Source: Octopus vulgaris
Lineage: Eukaryota
Direction of reading: 5' to 3'
Assembly: GCA_951406725.2 (NCBI GenBank)
Contig: OX597816.1
Coordinates: 75,330,001 to 75,394,000, forward strand
DNA length: 64,000 nt
The notes beneath the pieces are model-generated. The model was not told where the DNA came from and made no database searches. It was given only the letters and a program-made list of their open reading frames with translations. A program made the position numbers and the translations under genes. Below, one piece after another: positions 38,058 through 52,313 of this stretch (position 1 is the stretch's first letter; each line of letters starts with the position of its first letter).

Positions 38058-39213
38058 CAGGGGCTGGACAAAATAATGGAAACACCTTAAAATTTCAAAC
38101 AAATTTATTTTAATATGGAGTAGGACCCCCTTTGGCAGTAATTACCACTTGAATTGTACTCATACAAAGTCTGAGTTGTTTCCAAAGGCATTTTAGTTCA
38201 TTCTTCAGCTAAAAAAGTCTCCAGTTCTTGTAGTGATGATGGTGGAAGATATCAACTCCTTATTTGTTTTTCTAAAATGCACCATAAATGTTCAATAATA
38301 CTGAGATCTGGGGACCGTGGTGGCCAGATAAGATGTTCAACTTCACTAGAATGTTCCTTGTGCCATTCAGTAACAATTTTAGCTGTGAATTGGTGCATTA
38401 TCAGCCTGAAAGATTGTGTTTCCCTCCATAAACAGTTCTGCAACTATAGGATGAATGTGATCAGATAAAATACTTAACCCTTTCGTTATTGTATTTATTT
38501 TGAGATGCTCTGTGTTTCTTTCAATTACTTTAAATATAACAAAGGATTTAGTAAAATAACTTTTAGTTATCATTCAGCTAGTGTTAGGAACATAAATTGT
38601 GACTAAGGTTTGGTGGAAGATTTTAATTCAAAACTTATGAAAACAAGACATTTGTACTCAGAGCCAGAGCTGGATTCAGCCAGGTTGGTAATGAAAGGGT
38701 TAAATAGTCTTGCCTATTAATTCTGCCATGAAGGGAAACCATTGGACTGGTGGATTTCCAAGATGTAGCCCCCCCCACACACACACACACACAGATCATC
38801 ACATATCCTCCTCCATGTTTAACAGTTGGAAGAAGGCAGTCTGGGTCAAATGCTTCTTTTGGCTGTCTCCAAATGTATACTCAGCCGTAGGTCAAAAATA
38901 AGGTAATGGATGACAAGTCCGAGGAAATAACATTCTTCCACTGTTTTTGTTACGTGAGTGGCTGCCATACGAACACCAACAATTTAACCACTTAGAAAAT
39001 CCAATAGATCTGTCATTTTAATGAATTTTAATTACCTTTTTCTGATGATATCTGGAAAAAAAAAAACGCAATTTTAAGCAAAACCTATTAAGCAACGCTA
39101 ATTATAAATTTTAAAAAAAACATTAAAATAAACAAGCTTTTGACGGTTTTATAGATATTTCAAAATTATGATGGTGTAAGGCTAGGTGTTTCCATTATTT
39201 TGTCCAACCCCTG
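38058..39213 (-). mobile_element. Internally deleted Tc1-like element
   Basis: TA|caggggctggacaaaataatggaaacacct ... aggtgtttccattattttgtccaacccctg (30-bp TIRs). Transposase remnants IFQADNAPIH and WPPRSPDLSIIEHLW (DD34E region). Confidence 0.9.
38478..38699. mobile_element. piggyBac-type MITE nested in the Tc1 element
   Basis: TTAA|CCCTTTCGTTA ... TAATGAAAGGG|TTAA; 222 bp. Confidence 0.85.
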
Positions 39214-39641
39214 AATATATATATATATATACACTCACACACACACGTTTATATTGTATACAGATGTCGGATTGATTGAGTCATTAGAGCGTTGGATAGA
39301 TTGCTTTGTAGTAATCATTCTGTAACTCACACTATGGTTGACTTTGCCTTTTGTCCCTTTCCAGTGGATAAATAATATACCAGTCTTGAAATGGGGTTGA
39401 TTCTTTTCTCTCTCTCTCTCTCTCTTTCTCTTTATCTCTCTTTATTTATTTCTTTCTTTCTGTCTGTCTAACTTTCTCCAGGAAGAAATTGGCTGTGGTC
39501 AGACCTAGAGGGGGATGGGATCCACCAGACCTAAAAGTACTCAAGACATGCTGCATATAACAATAGCACTCTTATTGTTCAATCCAAGATTTGAGAAACC
39601 AAAGCAAGTCATATATATTTGTGAGTGTGTGTGTGTGTGAG

Positions 39642-39704
<63 letters not shown>

Positions 39705-39727
39705 GAGTGTGTGTGTGTGTGAGATTT

Positions 39728-39767
<40 letters not shown>

Positions 39768-42558
39768 CGCAGGAATGGCTGTGTGGTAAGTAGCTTGCTT
39801 ACCAACCACATGGTTCTGGATTCATTCCCACTGCGTGGTACCTTGGGCAAGTGTGCAAGTGTCTTCTACTATAGCCTTGGGCCGACCAAAGCCTTGTGAG
39901 TGATTTTGGTAGACAGAAACTGAAAGAAGCCCGTCGTATATATGTATATATATATATGTGTGTGTATGTTTGTGTGTCTTTGTTTGTCCCCCAACATCAC
40001 TTGACAACCGATGGTAGTGTGTTTACTTCCCCATAACTTAGCGGTTCGGCAAAAGAGACCGATAAAATAAGTACTAGGCTTCCAAAGAATAAGTCCTGGG
40101 GTTGATTTGCTCGACTAAAGGCGGTGCTTCAGCATGGATGCAGTCAAATGACTGAAACAAGTAAAAGTATATATGAATTTGTATGATTGTGTGTGTGTGT
40201 GTGTGTGTGTATTATATTCGGTTAAGTCAGTCTCTTACTACTCTGTGTTTCACCTGTAAGTGCACAGGGTCCGCAAGCAAGTTCTGAAGACCATGTGCAC
40301 CTACAAATGCAACTCAGAATAGCAAGAGATAACTTGATGAAAATTAAATATATTATTAATCTCTACTATAATTTTGTTAGACTTTTTTCTGACAGTCAGT
40401 ACTAAATGTGTGTGTGTGTGTATGTATATATATACGTGCGCGCACACATATTACAACTTCTAATGATAAGCAGCATAAATTATAGCCTTTGTTATGGGAT
40501 TCATAATCTAAGATATGCAGACAGTTGTAAACAAATGGGTTTTTTTTTTAAACACTTCACAGACAGAAAAACAGGAATCAGCCCGACCAATTTTTATGCT
40601 AATTGCATTCTTCATTAAAGACCACGTACTCATTTCGTCTGTCTATGGAAAAGTATATAGCTTTTACCTTTATATAGTTTTTATATAATATGACTTTGGT
40701 AAATTTCTGAATCCAGTTTGCATAATGATTTTTTTTAGTATCATAGTCAATTGATTAATCATCTACTAAGCAGCGTATATTGCCATAAAGCTTAAATGCA
40801 TAGAAAGTTATGTCCAATGATAACCAATACAAATTTCAATCATTGATTTGATGTGTGAGCTACTAAACATGAATAAATGTAAATAAGTGTATATACTTTT
40901 CTGTGGACAGAAAAAGTGGGGTTGGCCCAAATTAGCGTCATCATGCATATGTATATATATTGTATCATAATACGTTCTTCTACACATTCAAGATCCTGCA
41001 CATTGAAGTTATATCCTTTATGTCATCTGCATAGTTCACAAGTATTAATGACAAAATACACATCTTGAGCAGGCACATTTCTAACCTACCATATCAGAGA
41101 AACTTTTTATGAAATGTTACCAATCAGATGAGCCCAGCAACTGATAAGTGAACAACAGTTGCCCTTACAAGCAAGTTTAACCTCTCCACACTACGAAAGA
41201 AAAGGCAAGATCCAACACATCTTGCTGCCACCATTGTCATTGCAAGCACTGCCATCAGAACACAAGTCATTGCTCTAGCAATTCTGCCAATTCACTGCCC
41301 TGAACTGGTAGTATATTTATCAATTCTGACTAGATGAAAAGCAAAGTTGACCTTGATGAATTTTGAACACAAGACACAGAGCCAGAACCGATACCACCAG
41401 TTCTATTCTGTTTAATGGACTAACGACTCAGCCTATTCACTGTCTTTGGTAATTTATAAAAAAAAGCAAAACACCAAAAACACCACTTTGTAATATCCTG
41501 GGTCCTTTGAAATTTTCTTCCATCTTTTTATACTGTATTGGTATTACTGGAGTATCATGGGGCTTATCACACTATGACAGTATTAAGTAGTTCAAGGCAT
41601 TTTTTTTTCCTGATATAGGATGCCAGTCTTACACAAGCTTTTCATTTTATTTTTGTTTTGTTGAGTTTGTCTTTGCAAACTAATGGAACACTCCTCAGTT
41701 AAGCAGTGCTCTCACTGTTCACATCAGTAACAAGTATGTACCTCTCTTTAGTAAACTGATTTACAGATGAACAAGGTAGACTTAGCATTGTTTTGCCAAT
41801 GCCTGGATATAAAATTCTATAAGTTAAAATACTAAAATCTCAGCCAGTGAAGATTCTACTATATATCTACTGTGAAATTATAAAATATGTAAACCAGCTC
41901 AGCATTTGGTTTAGTTTCCCTTTATTTCTAAAATTGTTCAGTCCTTTCCCATTTCTAATCAGTTGTTGAGAAAGGACCTCTCACTCACAATGTCTTCTTT
42001 ATATTCTGGCGAGGAAGTCTGAGGTAGATCTATGTCATTCCTTTTCTTGCAATATTAAAAGGTCTATAGGTCAGTGAGAAAACCAGTTGAATTGGTTATA
42101 TTAGTGATAATGATGATTTTGATGAGTTCAGACATTGACACAGACAACTAATCTATAGAGGAAGAGATACAATCAACAGAATTGATTAGTAATACTTATT
42201 TTATTAATCCTCAGAGAAATAAAAAGACAGTCAGACTCAAGATTTGCGTTCAGAATTTAAAGAAATACAACTAAGTACCACAGGCCATTTTTTGTTTGCC
42301 ATTCCACTGCCTTTAATTCTAATAATAATGGTAATAATGATTATAATGGTTATTACAAATCAGCTACAAGAAAGACTGCAGGAAGTAAAGTTACCACACA
42401 GATTTCATTTCCACTGTATGTATACCTGTGTTTAGGGAGAATGAGTGTATGTGTGTAATCTCTGTTTTTCTCCAAATGATTTCCAACAGAAACCATCCAA
42501 TTTCTTTACTGCTGATCAATTACAATCATAGTAACTTTACGAAGCAATATACTCAAAA

Positions 42559-42600
<42 letters not shown>

Positions 42601-43246
42601 CACACACATACTGAATGACAGATACACATGCACTGTTAATGTATCCATGTTTTTGTGAATGTTATTATGATGTCCACTCATGAACATACCAATGGATTGA
42701 AGAAAGAAAGCAGTATTCTTAATTACACCTTAACTTTAACAAGACATTTTAAACAAAATTGTACTAAGTTTTTGTTCATTTTAAGTTCCAATGTATTCTA
42801 ATTTTAAAAAATAATAAACAAAGGCATTTTTTTCTTAGTTTTTTTTAAAATTTTGAATTTACTGATATTGTTTTACTAAAATTTGCTTTAATACGATTCC
42901 CTTAACAAGTTTCCCTTTAATAAAATTCCCTTAAAAAATAACAAGAAGAATACCATTTTCATGACATTTACAAAAAAAAAAAAAAATCAGCCATTGACAA
43001 TTTCATTAAATCATGCCTTGAAATTAAAAAAAAGTATATAATTTAATATAAATCAATAAATCCTGTCCAAAATAATATATAACATTTTAAGCATGTTGAT
43101 TTTATATATTTTTTATTTCAATAAAAAATAATAATTCATTGTAACCAAGCAATTTAGAAATAAGACCAAATAAAAAAAAATTTAAACATTCACTTGATGC
43201 CAGAGTTTATAATTTTTCTTTTGATGCCTATCTTCTATTTTTGAAG

Positions 43247-43484
43247 GGATTTGCTAAGGAATCTTTGAATGCTTTTAACAAAATTCTTGAAAAGTCCATT
43301 AAGAGTCCTCGGGCTACATACGGTCGCTCTGGTGCTTTGCTTAAGTTAGCTGAATTACAGTCCAGCAACACTCTTCTTCAGCAAGGCATTCAGGTTTTGG
43401 AAGTACTTCTAAGTAATCCTGACACTCCTGATGCTTTGTTATTGAAAAGTGGTTTGATATTGGCTGACAAGCAACGTTTCAGAG
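43247..43484 (+). CDS. ASPH: ASPH exon, TPR region
   Basis: Acceptor ttttgaag|GGA (phase 0); donor G|GTAAGA at 43485 (phase 1). GFAKESLNAFNKILEKSIKSPRATYGRSGALLKLAELQSSNTLL...PDTPDALL...DKQRFRG matches the recalled ASPH pattern GKIEEAVNAF...SPRARYGKA...LAEKRRSNEVL...PDVPADLL...DRQQFLG. Confidence 0.92.
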
Positions 43485-44164
43485 GTAAGAATTCATTTAC
43501 AGGCATGATACTTTTCTAAAAAAAAACTTAAGATTTCAAGAACTGATGTATTGCACTTTTTAAACATATATGTAAATATATTTGCACATATCTATATATA
43601 CATACATACGAACATACATGTATATATATGTGTGTGTGTGTGTATATATATATATGTGTATGTATTAGGTATATATGTATTTTCATTCATTTTACATTAT
43701 CCTTTTTTCCCATGCCAGCATGGGGTAGATGAATATATATATATATATATATTACTTTGTTGTACTGCTGGATAGTCATCCTTTACCTATTTTTCAAATG
43801 AGAAAGTTTTAATTCCACTTATGTTCAAACGTCAGTGTTAGCAGACAATTTGCTGATAAGGAATGTCAACTAACATCACCATTAGTAGCTCAGTGCTTTT
43901 TCATGCATAGTGTAGAATGTAAACAGGTATAGACTCACACATATAGACATATATACCTATGTCCATGTGTATGTATAATCAAATATATGTGTGTGTGCAC
44001 ACACACATATGCACACACTCACAATGGGATTCCAACTCTTCACTCACGATCATTGGTTGGTTGAAGGCTACAGTAGAAAATACTTACCTAAGATGGATCT
44101 GAAACTGAAACCACAAATCTCTCGAAATCAGCATATGTGCACATACACATAAATATATCACCTA

Positions 44165-45350
44165 TATTGATCAGACTATTGGATGTTGTTGTTATACATT
44201 GCTAGTTGCACTGCATATGCAAGTGTCTCTTGATTGTGCCCTTCTTTTCTATCTTGTTCCAAATCTTTTAACTAAATCATCTTCCCATTATTGTGGAGGC
44301 CTTCCAACTGGCCTTTTCCAATCCTTTGAATTCCACTCGGTAACTGCATGGCTCCACTTGTTGTCTTTGAACTTTACAGCATGTCCATCTTCATGGAAAT
44401 TTTCTTTTGCTATCCTGAAATCACATCATTCACTCTGCTCTATTCTCAAATTACCATATTTCAGATATACTCTTGCAATGCTATTCCTAATATAAATCTT
44501 TCCATGGTCTTTTGCATTGTACCCAATCAATGTTTTTTTCTCTTCATAGTAGCTTAGAAGAGTACAGGTAGGACAGTGCCACTGACGAGACTGGCATGTA
44601 GACTCTTGTTCAGCTTTGTTTTGAGCACGTCTTTTACCAAGGTAAATGCTTTCCATCCAGTCTTTATTGCCCACAAGATTTCAGAGTCCATGTTTCAGTG
44701 TATATTCACTGTGTACTCCAAGTAGACTTACTCCTTTACTTCCTTGATTTCATTACTTCCCACCTTCATTTGGCCTTGTGCTACATCTCCAGACCACATG
44801 TATTTTTTCGTGTGGTTCATTTTAAGGCCTATTGTGGAGCTATGGACATCCAGCTCTGTTAGTCTTGCCTGCAGCTGATCTGTGCTTTTAGCAATGAGTA
44901 AGATATCATCTGTGAATCAAAGGTGTGTTAGTACTTCACTGTTGATGTTCACACCACCTGTCCATCAATGTCTGATAACCATTTCTAGACATACAATGAA
45001 GAGCTTTGGAGAAATGGTATCTCTTTGCTTGATGTCTTTCTCAATTGGAACTCTTCCACGTGGTGGTAGCCAAGATATATTAATGATGCATTCAGAGATA
45101 CTGCATTCATCCCAGTGCTATCAAAGGTCTTTTCGTAGTTGACGAAAGTGATGTACATTGGTAGCTTGTATTCTTTTACTTATTCTACGAGCTGTTCGAG
45201 TAAATATGTCATGCATCATGGTTTAGTTCCTATGGAAAACTATTTGCTCCTTCAGCTGCTGATTATCAAGATGTTATCAGGATGATTATCAGTAGAAGCA
45301 TGTGGAGTGATAGTTTCTTCAATCTTCCTTACCTTCTTATAAAGCAAGAT
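44165..45350 (-). mobile_element. Degraded RTE (BovB-like) LINE
   Basis: The minus strand gives EKDIKQRDTISPKLF (compare GVRQGDTISPKLF) and LTHL*FTDDILL (compare LRFADDIVL). Its 3' end is shared with the SINE at 62735-62990. Confidence 0.7.
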
Positions 45351-46602
45351 TGTGTGTATAAATATAAATACACACACATGCATGCACACATAGCAACATT
45401 ATTTTAGTTTCCCATTCTTCTGTGCTTGCATGGGTCAGATGGAATTTGTTGATCCAGATTTTCTACACCCAGATGCCTTTCTTGTCACCAACCCTCACCT
45501 GTTTCCAAGCAAAGTATTATTTCCCCATGGCCAGACATGTTTTTCACAGAACATTGAAAATGAACAACTTCACTTGTATGATGATGATTTATGATGTCTA
45601 GACAAGAATACATGCACACACACACACACACACATATGTGTATATGTATGTATATAAAACAATGAGCACAAAAAGAAGTCAACTTAGGAGGGTTGAGATG
45701 TAACAAATGTATTTAATGCTTAAAAAAAAAGAGAAAGAGTATGCGCACACATACACCTCTGTGTGTGTATGTGTATATATATATGGCTGTTTGTTGATAA
45801 CTTTTTCCGCTTTGTAAGAGTAATATTGCCCAATTGTTCTGCTGTTTTAATGGTGATGTTGCATTTGGAAATACCACTTTCTTGTCTGTATCGGACGATA
45901 CACATTCAGTGCTTCTAAAAAACAAATGTAAGTTTGTTTATATACACACGTAATTGTTACACACACACACACATAATTTTTATTCTTACTTGTACTATTT
46001 GAAAAGGTGGATGAGTTACAGAAATAGATTACCAGGTTATATTGTAAAATATTTAACTTCATCATATATATAGTACAATCTGAATTGATATCTCACCAAG
46101 GCTAGTTCTGAGGTTGATAAAATAACAGCCAGTGATATGTGTCAATTCTATCAACTGTATTCCTCCATTAAAAATCTAAATTACTACTTCAGGTGAATAT
46201 TTACCATACACATACATCACATACATGTAATTATCATATATATGTATGTATGTGTGCATGTATTTATGTATGTGGTTTGAGAGATGGAATTGATTATCTT
46301 AATGAAATCTCTGCATTAATTTTTCTTTCTCTAATTGGCTATTACCCTGCAAATATTCAATGTTAATTAAATTAAAGTTTTGCAATAATATAAGGATATT
46401 ATAGTTCTCTTACATAGTTAATGTATCTAGATTCCCAAATCGATAAAAGATAATTAGAAATGTAATCAATATTATAGAATTTTCCAGAAATCAAAGATGA
46501 CCAAATATACTATAGGTCCTACTATATACATTTATACATATATATATATATATGTGTATGTGCATATTTATATGTATATATACTTTTATGAGTACACACA
46601 CA

Positions 46603-46649
<47 letters not shown>

Positions 46650-48205
46650 CACACATACATACTATATATATATATATTATATATCATCATCGTCATTTAA
46701 TGTCTATTTTCCTTGCTGGCTTGAGTTATATAGTCATTTCCCCTCCATACACACACAAGCATGTATCTGACTCATACACTGTTCACTTTCCAAACATTTG
46801 TGCATTACTGCATATGCTTTATACACTTGACAAGTTGTGGAGCACCTGAGCATTGTATACAATAATTTCATTATTATATTATTATATGGTTATTTGCCAT
46901 TGAAGGTGAAAATAGAGGTAGTTAAATTTCACTGTATACAAGTTAGTTAATGTTCCATTGAAGTAGTTTCATTGTTGATTAGTTTTAATGTGCCTCATGC
47001 ACAAATCATTTGACACCATTTTAAAATTCCAGTTTCATGCATCATGCAGAGTGTTTGTGACATATAAACTTAGCACTTCTTGACTTTATTCAAATAACAA
47101 TACACATGAAAGAGTGAAGGCACACAGCTCTGTGGTTAGAGCATTGGGCTCACAATCATGAGGTTGTGAGTTCAATTCCTGAGCCAGGCTGTGTGTTGTG
47201 TTTTCGAGTAAGACACTTTATTTCATGTTGCTCCAGTTTGCTCAGCTGTAGAAATGAGTTGTGATGTCACTGGTACCAAGCTATACTAGCTTTTGTCTTT
47301 CCTTTTGATAACACCGGTGGCCTGGAGAGGGGAATTAGGTATGCATGAGTGACTGCTGTTCTTCCACAAACAACTTTGCACAGACTTGTACCTTGGAGGG
47401 AAATTTTCTAAGTGCAATCCCATGGTCATTTATGACTGAAGGCAGTTTTTACCCTTTTTACTCATGGAAGGATAGGGACCCAATGCTACCAGCAGATTTA
47501 GAAATGAAAGAGCCTAATGTGTAAAGGAAATACTAATATCCTGTGTCTGGTCTCATGGAGAAAGCACATAGATAGTTGACTAAACAACTGAGTACAACCA
47601 AATGATTGTATGGAATAATTAGTTAAACAACTTGGGATTGCTGCAACCATTTTGTTGTGTTTTGAGGCAAAAGCAGTTTATTCTGCATTATGCAACAGTC
47701 TTGAATATGAAGTGCATTTTCATGGATTGATGGGGGTGGGTGAGGGTAACTCTGTAGAAAATTAAATAAGTTGAAAGTGCTAAGTAGACAGAGCACCTTG
47801 ACTACCAAGCTCTGAGAAGCAGAAGCCACTATAACAATAGAAAATGCTGAGAGAGAGAGGAGATAGCATATTAATTGCAGTAGACTACTAAACTATCCAA
47901 GGAAAGAGATTCATCTGTCATCTATGAAATTGGAAATAAGCATCTGTTAGCTCTCAAGAACATTTTAAAGCTTAATTCCATGGTATTGCTTTGGAGAGCT
48001 GATATCTTAGTGAATTGAAACATTTGAGAAGCTTTAAGTATTTTGACTATAGAGGCAGATTGTATATCAGTGACTAGATATTTATCTGGCCATCTATAGA
48101 CCTTATCCAACAACTCAAAAAATTAAAATAATTTTTTTAAACATTTCAAATTGTAAAACAGTTACACAATACACGCACACATATATATGTTATATATTTG
48201 TATGG

Positions 48206-48237
<32 letters not shown>

Positions 48238-49483
48238 TTATTTATTTGTATGGGTAGACAGATTAAATGACTAGTAACTATGAATCCAAGGTTCTGATGA
48301 AACACGTTGTCAGCACATACATCATACTGCAGACATTGTCTTTCTTGTGGAAGAAAGTTCTGAGTCTTCATGTTGTAATTAAAAATGTGCTTTATTTCAT
48401 TTCTGGTTGAAACCTAAAGTATTAAGTTGATTAAATATTACTATTATGCCAAACATTGTAAGGCTGCCAAAAGTTCTACTCAACAATTAAGCATTTAGTT
48501 TTGTCATTTCTCTCCTTTCATAAGTATGAACAATATGACTTAAATTGAACACATCCTACTCCGTGTTACTTACTGACAATTCTTTAGACTGTGCTGGAAA
48601 GTGTTAAGTGTCTTAGCCAGAGATACAATACAGCACTGTTGATAAGCACAATCATGCAAATGATGTCAGTTATTTCCAGCCTTCCATGGAAAATATATCT
48701 CTGGCTTTAGGAAATATTACACCTTGCATGGTAACAGGTGAAGGTTGGCAACAAGAAGGGCAGCCAACGATAGAAACTTTGCCTTAACAAATTCCATCTG
48801 ACCTATGAAAGAATGGAAAAGTGGATACTAAATGATGATAACAATCATTTGGGTGTTAATTTTTATATTCCCCCATTGACCTCAGTGTCAAATCTTGATA
48901 CCAGACCCTTTGTTATTGTTAAGCTGTATTGAACTAAAATCCTATCAAGGAGGAGATTTACCTCATTTTCTGAATGTCATAAACCCAGAGTTGAGCACCA
49001 TCTTAGTTATCCTTTACATGCCTTGTAATATCTCTTAATTCATATTTTTAAGGGGTTTGATGAACATAAGATAAAGTCATTGAAGTACTTTAGTTCTCTA
49101 CATTCTGAGTTCAAATGCAGTTAGCATTCATTGGTCTTTCATTATTCTATGTGAAGAAAGAGTAAGAAGTAATAAATCCTTTGACTATAGCTATTCTCTA
49201 CAAGATGTGGCTTGGTGACAATTTAAAGCATGAATTATTTAATTACCCATTGTGTAGCAATTTCAAAATGCACTTTTTAGTGTATGAATTAGATTCAGAT
49301 ATATCATTTGTAGAACATCCAACCATTGAAAATCTGCCTCAACAAATTCTCTGACCCATGCAAGCATAGAAAAGTGGCTCTTAAAATGGTGATACATTGA
49401 ATGTAACAACATGAGCAATTAGAAATAAAATGAATTAGGTAGTGGAAATACATTTTTATTAAATGTGCATGTGTGTGCATGTT

Positions 49484-49514
<31 letters not shown>

Positions 49515-49907
49515 TACATACACTCACACACACTTATTGGTACAGGGATAACTATCTAATTAAGAAGTTCACTTTGCAAATGCATGGTTCCAGGTTCAAT
49601 ATTACAGAGTGGTATGACCATGAGCAAATTTTTCTCTTTTTTTTTTGTTGATACTACAGTCTCAAATTGACCAATGCCTTATAAATGAAATTTGATAAAA
49701 GGAGATTGCAGATGCCCATTGTGTGTGTGTGCACATATATATATAAATTATTCGTGAATTTATTTTAATTAAGCAAATGTTTCTGAAAGCTCTTAACTGT
49801 ACATTAAAGTATTATTGTTGGAACAAATCTGCTATCAAGAAATGTCTTGGTCACAAAGTGTTTGTTTTTATTTCATATCTGTTAGCTATTGTTTCATGTT
49901 GATGTAG

Positions 49908-50044
49908 GCTGGACCAATCGAGCTCTCAAATCCTTGACCTTCCTGAATTTACGTTTCCCAAATAATGTTGATGTGGTAAACGATCTTGGAATCACCAACT
50001 TGATATTAGGTCGCAATGATGATGCTAAAAAATTATTTAAACAG
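49908..50044 (+). CDS. ASPH: ASPH exon, TPR region
   Basis: Acceptor gatgtag|GC (phase 1, completes Gly); donor CAG|GTTAGT at 50045. WTNRALKSLTFLNLRFPNNVDVVNDLGITNLILGRNDDAKKLFKQ matches the recalled ASPH FPNDTSLKNDLGVGYLLIGDNDNAKKVYEE. Confidence 0.92.
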
Positions 50045-51799
50045 GTTAGTAACAGCTTTTTATTTTCGCATCCTTTCCATTTTTTAAAAAATTTTGCATA
50101 TTATTTTTACTCAACCTGCATGAAAAGAAGCGAAGAATACATTGAAGAAATTACAATTGCTCATTCAGTTGACAGGGAAATTTGCCAGTTTCTGTATGTG
50201 GAGAAAGAGAAAGTAACAATCAACTGGATAAATACATACAAGATTCATATAGTAATAAAAATAAAACAAGTGGGTATTTTAGGGTATTACTACACATGTT
50301 TGTATAGCATGTTTATTCAGAACACAAGTACATTATATAACTTGAGTGGTAATGTTATGCAACATCAATATTACACATTGTGTTTTCATAAAACACAACT
50401 TCCTGAGGCAATATACCTCAGAATATTTTTTTGGTGATATGCCGCCAAATATATAGCTGTGAAGTGGCTGTGTGGTAAAACACTTGCTTCCCAATCACAA
50501 TTCCTGGCTCAGTCCCACTGTGTGGCACCTCAGGCAAGTGTCTTCTACTATAACCTTGGGCCAACAAAAACCTTGTGAGTGGATTTGACTGAAGAAAACT
50601 GAAAGAAGTCCATCATATATATGTGCGCATGTGTTTGTCCAGCCCTACTGCTTGACAACTAGTGTTGGTGTGTTTACTTCCTAGTAACTTAGTGGTTCTG
50701 CAAAAGAGACCAATAGCATAAGAACCAGGCTTAAAAAGTAAGTACTGGGATTGATTCATTCAGCTAAAATTCTTCAAGCCCATGCATGGCCAGCGTGGCC
50801 ACAGTCTATTGACTGAAACAAGTAAGATATAAAAGATATATAAATCGTATATTATTCCAGGGAATGATGAGTTCAAAAAAACAGTGTTCAGCTGGACTAA
50901 AGGGCTTAAGGACAAATCTGAGACTGAATGAACATTTAATCCATGGTCATTAGTCCCTTAAAATATGTTTTTTTTTTTGCCTGTGGTTCTTTGGAACTCT
51001 AAGAAGGGCTATAGACAAAACAAAATATATTTCAATAGACCTATGATTAGGGATTAAATGTGAATATTATGTATTATATATATCCAGCTGATTGTTACTC
51101 TCTTTGGTTAAGCAAGCACTATAAACTGGAAAAGCTACTTACAACTTCCTGTAATATTAAGTGGATGAGACCATATAATTGACTGGTCAATGGGTAGCAA
51201 ATAAACAGAAATGTAAAATTAACTAGCATCACAATACATGCAGATTTAAGCCATGACTTAACTGAAGAGCTATAGGAGAGGTAAATGAGGGATGAACCGA
51301 CTGGGTACCAGGGAAACTCCAGAATAAGTTGGCTTGATCAGTCAAAACAGAATATATTTTATCATCGTACTGAATACTTATTTCTCTCATTTGTTAGCAG
51401 AACAAACATATATCAACACACATACTTACATAATGTGTGTGTGGTGGGGGTATATCTCTACATGTTACCAATTGCTGCAGTCCCTTGTTACTTCAGTGAT
51501 ATTCAGAATCTTGAGATCAGTTTACATCTCTTTGTTCCATATTTTTCTTGTTTTTTTTTTTCTTTTCTGCAGGCACTATCCGCCTTCCATTAAAAATGCT
51601 TGGGTCATAATTTTATGCAGCTGGCTTTACCCCAACACATCAAATGCTCATACTAATGCAGTTTTCTCTCTTGTTAACTACATTTGATTCCTCCTGAACA
51701 TAGCTTTTTTCTCAAGTTATTTGTACTGCATTTTTCATGCACACTGACTTTACATATTTAGTGAAGCATGCTCACCTCATTTCTTTCTAGCCTTAGCAA

Positions 51800-52313
51800 T
51801 TCATCAGAATTCAGGATCCAGGCCTTGCTTGTTATTTTCCTCAGCTCACTTGTAAATTACATTATGATCTTGCTGCATGTTTGCAGCGTCCCCAGAATTC
51901 TTTATTGTTGAAAATACTTTTATATCATCGGCATGACTTGTGAGAATGACTGTTTGTATAAGGGCTTGTCTAACACAACCACAACATACAGCAATGGCCC
52001 TCATCCCCAAGACAAGTCTCTATGGAACTCCATTCAAAACTAGTGTGTTCCTTTGAGAGAGATCACTGATGGTTGTGACCCTCTGACTTTTATCCCTTAA
52101 AAAAGTCATGCAGCCACTCTTCAGATCTCCAGATTATGCTGAGATCAAGCATAATCTCTCCCAAAACATCATGATTTATAACATCCATGGTTAAATGGTT
52201 GAGTGACTGTTTCAGCACCTCATCATAGTACTGCAGGCGTTGCATAAGGCAGCATCTTGGCAAATTATTTTCTTGGGAGAACATGATTAATTTTCTTCTG
52301 ACAATTCATTCTA
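51800..52313 (-). mobile_element. Old CR1-like LINE fragment interrupted by the young CR1; it probably continues at ~55433-55620
   Basis: Minus-strand LDLSIIWRSEEWLHDFFKG and ILTSHADDIKVF resemble [20 protein letters not shown] and [10 protein letters not shown] of the 59775-61005 element. Confidence 0.6.

Noticed and set aside
51545-51593. Strong-looking splice acceptor (ttttcttttctgcag) after the last ASPH exon
   Set aside because: Phase 0 gives ALSAFH-stop with no similarity to the expected next ASPH segment, and it lies in decayed repeat-like sequence. I did not find the true next exon in the window.
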